A stretch of DNA of 64,000 nt from Candidatus Melainabacteria bacterium RIFCSPLOWO2_02_FULL_35_15. Its GTDB lineage: Bacteria; Cyanobacteriota; Vampirovibrionia; 2-02-FULL-35-15. The notes under the pieces were generated by a model. It was not told the DNA's origin, made no database searches, and saw nothing but the letters and a program-made list of their open reading frames with translations. The stretch spans positions 93,894-157,893 of the forward strand of contig MFRN01000013.1 of NCBI GenBank assembly GCA_001784585.1. The letters are read 5' to 3'. The position numbers and the translations under genes were made by a program. This document shows positions 55,998 through 64,000 of the stretch, in pieces (positions within the stretch are counted from its first letter, which is position 1; every line of letters begins with the position of its first letter).

Positions 55998-57680
55998 TTG
56001 TCAATTGCCTGCTTTGTTCGCGAAGTGAAGCAAACGAGGAATGAAGTGACGAAATCATCTCACAAATGTCTTATCGGACAAATTATATCCGGATCTTTTT
56101 CCAGGGGACTTTTATTAAAACTGTCAAATGATTTTAATGTAGAAGACTTAAGAATCGGGAAGTTTGTAGTTATTGAAGGTGAAAAAACAAAATATTTTTC
56201 AATGGTTACGGATATTCTTCTTGAGACAAATAATCCAAAATTTTTAAATCATATTCCATCACCTGAAGACAGTTTTATAAAAGATGTTTTAAAAGGTTCA
56301 GCAGTATACAGCCTGATACAGTTAACTCCTTATTTAATGGTAGATTTAAAGGATAAAATTGCAGAGGATTCCGTAAGCAGAGTAAAAACAGTTCCGCCTC
56401 ATTTCTCAAGTGTCTATGAAGCTCAGGAAGATGATATAGAACAAATATTTGGCAAAGAAGAAAAATTAAATAAAAACTTTTACATTGGCTATCCGCCTGA
56501 AATGGAAATACCGCTATGTATAAATCTTGATAAGTTTGTACAGAGATCAAATGCAGTATTTGGAAAATCCGGTACAGGAAAATCTTTCTTAAGCAGAGTA
56601 CTTTTATCCGGGATCTTAAAAAAAGATGCAGCAAGTGTTTTAGTCTTTGACATGCACAATGAATACGGCTGGCAGGGGACTAGTGAAGACAATAAATCTA
56701 TAAAAGGATTGAGACAGCTGTTTGGTGATAAGATTGAAGTTTTTACACTTGATCCTGAAAATAAAAGTTATACATTTAAAGATGCTGTAGATCTTACAAT
56801 TAGTTATAACCAGGTAGAAATAGAAGATCTTGAGTTATTGCGTGGAGAGCTGGGTCTTTCAGAAGCAGCGCTTGATCATGCAAGGATGATTCAAAGAAGT
56901 TTTGAGAAGGACTGGTTTTCAAAAATTTGCAACATGACTCTTGGAGAAATAGAAGAGTTTTGTGCACAAAATGGTGCAAACATAGGATCAATACTGGCTT
57001 TACAAAGAAAGTTAAATACTTTGGTGGATTCGGTTAAATACTTAAAACCTGTAACCAGTTATGATGGCATAAAAAAAATACTTAACTTTTTAACCAGCGG
57101 AAAAAGTGTGGTTTTACAGTTTGGAAGACTAAATAATTTAAAGAGTTATATTCTGGCTTCAAATATAATAACCAGGCGTATACATGCTGAGTACGTTAAT
57201 TTAACCGAACAATATTTATTAGATACTACAAAATTTCAGGAACCTAAAAAGCTGGTAATTACGATAGAAGAAGCGCATAAGTTTTTATCACCTCAGGTTG
57301 CAAAGTTTTCAACCTTTGGAACTATTGCCCGGGAGCTTAGAAAATATAATGTAACTCTGTTAATTATTGATCAAAGACCGTCAGGAATTGACAGTGAAGT
57401 ACTTTCGCAGATTGGTACACGGGCCACACTTCTGCTAAATGATGAAAATGATATTAATGCAGTTTTTGTAGGTGAATCCGGCGGAAATAATTTAAAGACT
57501 ATTCTTTCCCAGCTAAATCCAAAACAAGAAGTTCTAATGTTCGGATATGCAATGCCAATGCCCATTGTGGTTAGATCGAGAAGATACGATTCGGAATTTT
57601 ACAAAGAGATGAATAAAGAAGAGAAGTTAACAAAAGAAGAGATCATAAGACGCGGGGAGCTGGCTGCGGCTGAATTATAA
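55998..57680 (+). CDS. HerA/DUF87-type (FtsK-HerA superfamily) ATPase
   Basis: Walker A AVFGKSGTGKSF, Walker B LLIIDQRPS, and a predicted N-terminal HAS-barrel-like domain. It starts 5 nt after the pxpA stop. Confidence 0.6.
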   Translation: MSIACFVREVKQTRNEVTKSSHKCLIGQIISGSFSRGLLLKLSNDFNVEDLRIGKFVVIEGEKTKYFSMVTDILLETNNPKFLNHIPSPEDSFIKDVLKGSAVYSLIQLTPYLMVDLKDKIAEDSVSRVKTVPPHFSSVYEAQEDDIEQIFGKEEKLNKNFYIGYPPEMEIPLCINLDKFVQRSNAVFGKSGTGKSFLSRVLLSGILKKDAASVLVFDMHNEYGWQGTSEDNKSIKGLRQLFGDKIEVFTLDPENKSYTFKDAVDLTISYNQVEIEDLELLRGELGLSEAALDHARMIQRSFEKDWFSKICNMTLGEIEEFCAQNGANIGSILALQRKLNTLVDSVKYLKPVTSYDGIKKILNFLTSGKSVVLQFGRLNNLKSYILASNIITRRIHAEYVNLTEQYLLDTTKFQEPKKLVITIEEAHKFLSPQVAKFSTFGTIARELRKYNVTLLIIDQRPSGIDSEVLSQIGTRATLLLNDENDINAVFVGESGGNNLKTILSQLNPKQEVLMFGYAMPMPIVVRSRRYDSEFYKEMNKEEKLTKEEIIRRGELAAAEL

Positions 57681-57687
57681 TGTTTAA

Positions 57688-58281
57688 TTAAAACAAAGCC
57701 GCCTCAATAAATAAATTTTTAATATCTTCAGTCTGAATAGCAGTAAGAATAAATCCGTTTTTGTTTGATGTTAATTCTGAATCAATATCACCGATAAAAA
57801 TTTTTTTACCTTCTTTCTTTGCCAGGTCTATACTGACTAATTGATCAATTAAATAATTTAAAAACCTGGTCTCAGCTTCGGCATTAACTACATTAGACAG
57901 TTCACCTGCAATATTTGCAATAGTCTGAAAAACATCTTTGTGCCTTGATTGTATAAAGTTTATTTCTATTAATTGTTTTATTTGCTCATACTCACTGCCT
58001 TCGTAAAGTAAATTTATCTGTGCCTGTGCAACTGCCAAAAGATATTTTTTGTAAACAGGGCTTTCATCAGAATTTTTAATATGGAAAATTTTTTTTGCAC
58101 TATTGTACAATGTGGGCAGAGTCATTAAAAAGACAGCAGCTTTTTTATCCCTATTCTCATAAGCTGCTTCCAGCACCTCTGCGAGAATAATATCAGGATA
58201 TTTTTTACTGAAAATCTCTGCAACCCTGATAATTTTGGGATTTGTTGCTCTAATTGATGACATTAGGAAACATACTATCAC
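57688..58281 (-). CDS. Hypothetical protein (197 aa)
   Basis: ORF only. It is convergent with the HerA-like gene. Confidence 0.35.
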   Translation of the reverse strand: MIVCFLMSSIRATNPKIIRVAEIFSKKYPDIILAEVLEAAYENRDKKAAVFLMTLPTLYNSAKKIFHIKNSDESPVYKKYLLAVAQAQINLLYEGSEYEQIKQLIEINFIQSRHKDVFQTIANIAGELSNVVNAEAETRFLNYLIDQLVSIDLAKKEGKKIFIGDIDSELTSNKNGFILTAIQTEDIKNLFIEAALF

Positions 58282-58309
58282 ACCTTTTTAGTGTCTTGGT
58301 TAAATTAGT

Positions 58310-60895
58310 TTAGTTAAACAAGCTCAATTGTCCGGACTCTATCTGTGATTTTATAGTCTCTTTTTTTAATGGTGCCTGGGATTTGTTATACATAATGTTC
58401 ATGATAGTTTGGGCTCTCAAAAGCAGTTCTTTAGGCAGCCCGGCCATTTTTGCAACTTCTATGCCGTAACTTTTGTCTGCTCCACCGGGAATTACTTTTC
58501 TTAAGAAGATTACATGTCCTTCTTCTTCTTTTACTGTAACCTGATAGTTACAAATAGATTCATATAAATCAGCAAGCCCGTTTAATTCATGAAAATGAGT
58601 AGCAAAAATTGTTCTTGACATTTTATTTTTTACCAGATATTCAGCTAATGCCCATGCTATAGCTACACCGTCATAAGTGCTGGTTCCACGCCCTACTTCA
58701 TCAAGCAGAATTAAACTTTTTTCAGTCATCCGGTTTAATATTGCACCTGTTTCAGTCATTTCTACCATAAACGTAGACTGTCCTTCAGAAATATCATCTG
58801 ATGCACCTACACGTGTAAAAATCTGATCCACTATTCCAATCTGTGCATAATCACACGGTACAAACGATCCGCTCTGTGCAAGTATTATATTTAATGCAAT
58901 CTGTCTCATGTAGGTACTTTTACCAGCCATGTTTGGACCGGTGAGAATAATTAATTGTTGTTTTGATTTGTTATATTCTAAATAGCAGTCATTAGAAATA
59001 AAATTATTAAATCCTGCTTTTTTTTCAATAACCGGATGCCTTGAGGCTTTCAAATCTATAATTCCGGAATTGTTTAAGACGGGTCTTTTGTAATTATTTA
59101 TAACTGCTGCCTGTGAAAATGAAAAAAGTGTATCTAAGCATGAAATGTTATAAGCAAGTTCTCTGATTATTGAACCAAAACTTTTTACTTTTTCCCTGAT
59201 CTGACAGAATATTTCATATTCTAGAGTTTTAGTTCTTTGTTCTGCATGAAGTGCTTTTTGTTCAAACTCTTTTAGTTCATTTGTAATAAACCGGGATGAG
59301 TTAACCATTGTCTGCCTGCAAATGTATTCCGGTGGTACAAGCGGCAAATTTCCTTTGCTGATTTCTATAAAATATCCAAATGTCCTGTTAAAGCCTACTT
59401 TAAGGTTTTTAATTCCTGTTCTTTCTCTTTCAATTGTTTCAAATGATTCTAAATAGCTGTCTCCATTTTCCATTATTTCTTTTAATTGTTTTATTTCATT
59501 ATTAAATGCAGGCTTGATTAAATTCCCCTCTGTTAATGTATTTGACGGATTGTCTAAAATTGCATTTTCAATTATTTGCACTACTTCTACAATTTCTCCG
59601 GGGTAGTTAATGATTTTTTGTAAAAAAGGTGATTTAAGATTTTTAAGCGCTGCAGAGAGTGAAGGAACTTCCATTAAAGATTCTTTGAGTGCTATAAGCT
59701 CTTTGGCATTTACGGCAGAAGCGCTTAGACGAGAGCTGATTCTTTCCAAATCGAATATTTTTTCAAGTGATTTTGTGATTTTACAAAATAAATATTTATT
59801 TTGAATTAACTCTTCTATACAATTCAGTCTTAAGTTAATGGAATCCAAATCTAACAGTGGCTGCTCAATCCAGGCTCTTAGTCTTCTTTTTCCCATTTGT
59901 GTCTTTGTAAAATCAATGGCCCAAAGCAATGAATTGCTGTAACATTTATCTTTTATGCTCTCTGTAAGCTCCAGGTTTTTCCTGGTCATTTTATCAAGAT
60001 TTAAAAATGAGTTAACCCTGTAAGGAATTATTTTTTCAAAGTTTGGTCTTTCCACCAGCTGTGTTTTATCTATATAAGCCAGTATTGCACCACTTGCAAT
60101 TTGTCCCAGAGCTAAATCAATTCCACCTAAGCTTTCTATGGACTGTATTTGTAATTCTTCCTTTATTCTTTTATTTGCAAAATCTTTATTAAAGTATTCA
60201 TTTTCCAAACCGGTACAAAACCAGTTTTCTTTAATTACTACATCCATATCCAGTGTTTTTTCCTTAACAATCTGATTTTCGTTTTTTTTATAAATCACCG
60301 GAATCAGCACTTCTGAAGGCATTGTCCGGTTTAATTCTGAAATAAGTTCATCAAAGTTTAATTCAGTAAAGAAAAATTCTCCGCTCGATACATCTGCATA
60401 TGCAAAACCATAAGAGTACCGTTTTTTGTCTTTATAAACAGACGCTATGAAATTATTTTTTGTTTGTGGAAGCCAGTCTGTTTCAAGGACTGTGCCTGGT
60501 GTAAGTAATTTTGTAACTTCCCGCTTTACAATGCCTTTGGCTAAAACAGGATCTTCCATCTGATCGCAGATAGCTACTTTAAAACCTTTATCTAAAAGTT
60601 TTGAAACATAATTAATTACTGCTTTTGCCGGTACACCGGCCATTGGTATTCTGCCGTTTGGATAATTTGTTTCTGCTCTGCCTGTAAGTGTAAGTTCCAG
60701 CTCTTTTGAAATAATTTTTGCATCTTCAAAAAAAGTTTCATAAAAATCACCTACTCTAAAAAAAAGCAGTACATCAAGATCGTATTTATACTTGATTTCA
60801 AGAAACTGCCTCATAAGAGGTGTAAATTGTTCCGGGTTTTGAGGCCACTGGATCTCTTGTTCTGTTTTTTCTTTTTCGGCTAAGCTAATATTCAT
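58310..60895 (-). CDS. mutS: DNA mismatch repair protein MutS
   Basis: 861 aa with the mismatch-binding N-domain and Walker A GPNMAGKST. Confidence 0.9.
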   Translation of the reverse strand: MNISLAEKEKTEQEIQWPQNPEQFTPLMRQFLEIKYKYDLDVLLFFRVGDFYETFFEDAKIISKELELTLTGRAETNYPNGRIPMAGVPAKAVINYVSKLLDKGFKVAICDQMEDPVLAKGIVKREVTKLLTPGTVLETDWLPQTKNNFIASVYKDKKRYSYGFAYADVSSGEFFFTELNFDELISELNRTMPSEVLIPVIYKKNENQIVKEKTLDMDVVIKENWFCTGLENEYFNKDFANKRIKEELQIQSIESLGGIDLALGQIASGAILAYIDKTQLVERPNFEKIIPYRVNSFLNLDKMTRKNLELTESIKDKCYSNSLLWAIDFTKTQMGKRRLRAWIEQPLLDLDSINLRLNCIEELIQNKYLFCKITKSLEKIFDLERISSRLSASAVNAKELIALKESLMEVPSLSAALKNLKSPFLQKIINYPGEIVEVVQIIENAILDNPSNTLTEGNLIKPAFNNEIKQLKEIMENGDSYLESFETIERERTGIKNLKVGFNRTFGYFIEISKGNLPLVPPEYICRQTMVNSSRFITNELKEFEQKALHAEQRTKTLEYEIFCQIREKVKSFGSIIRELAYNISCLDTLFSFSQAAVINNYKRPVLNNSGIIDLKASRHPVIEKKAGFNNFISNDCYLEYNKSKQQLIILTGPNMAGKSTYMRQIALNIILAQSGSFVPCDYAQIGIVDQIFTRVGASDDISEGQSTFMVEMTETGAILNRMTEKSLILLDEVGRGTSTYDGVAIAWALAEYLVKNKMSRTIFATHFHELNGLADLYESICNYQVTVKEEEGHVIFLRKVIPGGADKSYGIEVAKMAGLPKELLLRAQTIMNIMYNKSQAPLKKETIKSQIESGQLSLFN

Positions 60896-60959
60896 GATAA
60901 TGCTTTAATGATATCTTTCCTTTGAAAAATTATCCTGTCTATTATAATAAGAAAACATT

Positions 60960-62072
60960 ATGGGAGTTAAATCAATTTTAAATAAACAAGGAATATTAAA
61001 TAAGCTGGTATTAATACTTTATATTTCACTGTTTATTTCTGCTTTTGCTGCATGCGGATTAAAGTCACAAAATCATATACACAATATGCCACTACCTGAA
61101 GTAGAAATAATTAAGATTTCTCCTTTAACAAAAGCAAAAACAATTGAATCTACGGGAGAGTTAATAAGTCCCCAGACCACAGAAGTTAGTTCAGAAAATA
61201 TGGGAAAGATTGTTTACTTAAATATACCGGAAGGAAAGGAAGTTCCTGCTGGTCATGTTTTAGCAAGAGTTGACAACAGTACGACACTTGCTGATATAAA
61301 GGTAGCAAAAGCAAAATTACAAAATGCACAGGAAAATTTTAAAAGGATGCAGGCACTTAAAAGTGAAGGTGCAGTATCTCAGCAAGTCCTGGATAATGCT
61401 ATAGAACAGCTCCAGATTGCAGAAGGTGAGTCAGAGAGAGCAGAATCACTTGAAACAAAAACATCAATTGTTGCTCCATATACAGGCTTATTAAGCTTGC
61501 GAAAAGTCAGTCTTGGAGCATTTATAGATTCTGGCGATCCGGTAGTAAGAATAAGCCAGATAGATCCCCTTTATCTTATTTTTAGTTTTCCTGAACAATA
61601 TGCCCCGCAAATAAAAATCGATCAGGATATTAAATTTATGATTAGCAATTCAGGAAAAGAATATTTGGCGAGGCTTACAGTGATTGATCCGTATATTGAT
61701 CCTAATACCAGATCTGTGCAGCTAAAAGCTGTTGTTTCAAATTCAAACAGAGAATTTCTTCCCGGAAAGTTTGCAAATGTAAGATTAGAAACTGCAAACA
61801 TAAAAGATGCAATTCTAATTCCGCAGGAAGCTTTAATCCAGGAGGATTCTAAAAAACAGGTTGCAGTTGTTAAAGAAGACAACACTGTAATCTTTAAAGA
61901 AGTTACAGTCAGTGAATGGGATAAAGATTCGATTTTAATTTCAGATGGTCTTATGGAAGGTGATGTAATTGTTACTTCCGGGCATCAAAAAATTCATCCC
62001 GGGAGTAAAGTTATTCCTAAATCTTTCAGTTTAATTCATAATAAAATCCTGGACAAACAAATTCCCGAATAA
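60960..62072 (+). CDS. RND efflux periplasmic adaptor (membrane fusion protein)
   Basis: Lipoprotein-like signal with a Cys, and the coiled-coil, lipoyl and beta-barrel pattern of the HlyD/AcrA family. Confidence 0.8.
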   Translation: MGVKSILNKQGILNKLVLILYISLFISAFAACGLKSQNHIHNMPLPEVEIIKISPLTKAKTIESTGELISPQTTEVSSENMGKIVYLNIPEGKEVPAGHVLARVDNSTTLADIKVAKAKLQNAQENFKRMQALKSEGAVSQQVLDNAIEQLQIAEGESERAESLETKTSIVAPYTGLLSLRKVSLGAFIDSGDPVVRISQIDPLYLIFSFPEQYAPQIKIDQDIKFMISNSGKEYLARLTVIDPYIDPNTRSVQLKAVVSNSNREFLPGKFANVRLETANIKDAILIPQEALIQEDSKKQVAVVKEDNTVIFKEVTVSEWDKDSILISDGLMEGDVIVTSGHQKIHPGSKVIPKSFSLIHNKILDKQIPE

Positions 62073-62090
62073 GTTGAAAAATAAGCAATT

Positions 62091-64000
62091 ATGTTAATTT
62101 CAGATTTAGCTATAAAAAGACCAGTGCTATCTTTAGTATTTAATGTGTTAATAATTATAGTCGGGATTGTGGCATACCAGGCGCTTCCTGTTCGTGAATA
62201 TCCTGATGTTGAAACAGCTATTGTATCAATAACCACGACTTATACCGGCGCAAGCTCTGAAACAATTGAAAGTACAGTTACACAGCCTCTGGAAGAAGTT
62301 TTAAATGGCATTGATGGAATTAAATCTATTTCATCTGTTAGCTCGATTGGTGTAAGTACTATAAATATTGAGTTTGTACCGTCAAGGGATATAGATTTAG
62401 CAGCTGGTGATGTAAATAATGTAATCCAGAGTGCACTTGGAAAAATACCTCAGTCTGCCGATAAGCCAATAATTGCAAAAACTCAGGCAAATGCAGGAAC
62501 TCTTATGTGGATTACTCTTCAGGGGGATAAATATACCCCTGAAGAATTAAGTGATATTGCAGATCGTATTATAAAAACTCCTCTTCAGATATTACCTGGC
62601 GTAGGATCTGTATTAATCGGTGGCCAACGTAAATATGCCATGAGAATCTGGCTGGATCCTGAAAAAATGGCAGCCCGTAATGTAGATGCAGGTGATGTCA
62701 GAAATACAATTTTGAAAAGTAATCTTTTATTACCGGCTGGAAAAATCGAAGGTGAAACAAGAAAGTTTAATATTTATGCAAATGCACAGATTGCTGATCC
62801 AAAAGTTTTTTCTAATCTTGTTATTCGTAATCAGAATGGAAGTTTGGTAAGAATTAAAGATATAGGCGGTGTAGAACTTGGAGCAGCAAATTATGACACT
62901 CTTGTAAGATACAATGGCAGACCGGTAGTTGGTCTGGGTATTATTAAACAATCAAAAGCAAACGAATTGAAAGTTGCTCTTGCAGTAAAAGAAATATTAC
63001 CAAAGATAAAACAAGCTCTTCCAAAAGATATAACACTTGAAATAGCAGTTGATAATTCAAGGTTTATAAAAGAGTCCCTGAAAGAAGTTACAAAAACTAT
63101 ATTGATTGCAATTTTTCTTGTTGTACTTGTGACTTTTATATTTCTAAGATCTGTTTCACCAACAGTAATAATTGCATTAGCAATTCCTCCGTCTATCATC
63201 GGACACTTTGCAGGCTTAAAAGTTTTAGGTTATTCGGTTAATGTTATTACGCTCCTTGCACTGGTCATTGCAATCGGGCTTGTGGTGGATGATGCAATTG
63301 TTGTTTTAGAAAATATATTCAGACATGAAGAACATGGAGAAAATAAGCTTGATGCTGCAGTCTTTGGCAGCAGGGAAATGGTCTTCCCTGTCATTGCAAC
63401 CACTGTCTCCTTAGTGGCGATTTTTATCCCATTGTCTCTTTTTGCGGGTTATACAGGACGATTATTTAAAGAATTTGCTGTCAGTGTTGCAGTCAGCGTA
63501 GCAATATCTGGTTTTGTAGCATTGACATTAACTCCAGCACTTTGTTCAAAATATCTTACGTATACTGCAAAGCATGGAAGTATCTATTTACTGCTTGAAA
63601 ATTTTTTTAATGTGTTAAATAAAGCATATGAAAAAAGTTTGAAATGGACGCTTACTCATTCATTGGTAATTCTATTTTTTATATTAATCATTATATCTGG
63701 AATAGCAGGGTTGTTTATCATTATTCCAAAAACTTCTGTACCTGTTGAAGACAGAGGAGTATTTTTAACTGTAGTAAAGTCTCCTCAAGGCTCAACGCTT
63801 GCTTATACAAACCATACACAGCTTAAAGCAGAAAAAGAAATAGCAAAGATTCCGGAGGTTACAGGTTATTTCTCTGCAATAGGACTTGCTGTTGGCGGGC
63901 CACCAAATACAAATAATGGCATTATTTTTTCCAGATTAAAACACTGGCATGAAAGAAAAATAAAGCAACAAACAATAGTTCAAAATCTCTTCTCAAAACT
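62091..64000 (+). CDS. RND (HAE1/AcrB-like) efflux transporter, 5' partial at the window end
   Basis: My own translation gives MLISDLAIKRPVLSLVFNVLIIIVGIVAYQALPVREYPDVETAIVSITTTYTGASSETIE..., a typical AcrB N-terminus. The ORF is open to the end of the window. Confidence 0.85.
   Translation, partial: MLISDLAIKRPVLSLVFNVLIIIVGIVAYQALPVREYPDVETAIVSITTTYTGASSETIESTVTQPLEEVLNGIDGIKSISSVSSIGVSTINIEFVPSRDIDLAAGDVNNVIQSALGKIPQSADKPIIAKTQANAGTLMWITLQGDKYTPEELSDIADRIIKTPLQILPGVGSVLIGGQRKYAMRIWLDPEKMAARNVDAGDVRNTILKSNLLLPAGKIEGETRKFNIYANAQIADPKVFSNLVIRNQNGSLVRIKDIGGVELGAANYDTLVRYNGRPVVGLGIIKQSKANELKVALAVKEILPKIKQALPKDITLEIAVDNSRFIKESLKEVTKTILIAIFLVVLVTFIFLRSVSPTVIIALAIPPSIIGHFAGLKVLGYSVNVITLLALVIAIGLVVDDAIVVLENIFRHEEHGENKLDAAVFGSREMVFPVIATTVSLVAIFIPLSLFAGYTGRLFKEFAVSVAVSVAISGFVALTLTPALCSKYLTYTAKHGSIYLLLENFFNVLNKAYEKSLKWTLTHSLVILFFILIIISGIAGLFIIIPKTSVPVEDRGVFLTVVKSPQGSTLAYTNHTQLKAEKEIAKIPEVTGYFSAIGLAVGGPPNTNNGIIFSRLKHWHERKIKQQTIVQNLFSK

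Noticed and set aside
1-64000. CRISPR arrays, rRNA or tRNA genes, transposases or integrases
   Set aside because: I found no regularly spaced short direct repeats, no cloverleaf-compatible sequences, no 16S, 23S or 5S signatures, and no DDE or tyrosine-recombinase ORFs.

Overview
This is a 64 kb window from an AT-rich (about one-third GC) diderm bacterium. Almost every gene product is Lys-rich. Coding density is high, and most of the window is housekeeping or core metabolism. A complete reductive pyrimidine-catabolism operon (mmsA-hydA-bup-aminotransferase-preT-preA) sits on the minus strand at 11.2-18.9 kb. Other recognisable genes include putA, an aldo/keto reductase, a DEAD-box helicase, an ArnT-like GT39 glycosyltransferase next to a PAP2 phosphatase, an RRM RNA-binding protein, mlaEFD, speH, pheT, pilT, ilvN-like, folE, pdxA, a long hpf, coaE, queE, argC, dnaG, fabD, ubiE, aroC, queF, folK, an acyl-CoA dehydrogenase, a DUF58 protein, trxB, pxpA (LamB), mutS and an RND efflux pair (the transporter is truncated at the window end).

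I found no rRNA, tRNA, CRISPR array, transposase or integrase.

The most unusual content is a set of proteins whose composition does not fit the genome. A 355-aa protein with zero lysines (27446-28513) is followed by a Tat-signal HExxH zinc-peptidase-like protein with about 12 Lys in 430 aa (25999-27291); both lie between speH and the mla operon. A 257-aa Asn/Gly/Tyr/Trp-rich protein at 19289-20062 has no lysine in its last roughly 155 residues. I interpret these as candidate secreted toxins or effectors.

Several GC-rich structured intergenic elements recur. A roughly 35-nt collinear motif (TCTT..CGGTGACGYTG ... GGAGTACCTGAGCARTTA) occurs at 20.07 kb and 51.7 kb. A hairpin family with covarying stems and a conserved bulged G occurs at 19.09, 28.72 and 49.97 kb. 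These are candidate novel ncRNA or cis-regulatory motifs.

Other oddities: a 47-aa Xre-HTH gene flanked by about 70-bp direct repeats (1.44-1.76 kb); a (GGAAA)n tandem-repeat tail-anchored protein with a 450-aa partner; an NDT-like/amidohydrolase-like fusion protein; a LamB gene abutting a HerA/DUF87-type ATPase; and a membrane-anchored Roadblock-like protein overlapping pilT.

All functional calls come from motif recognition by eye. No database searches were run.
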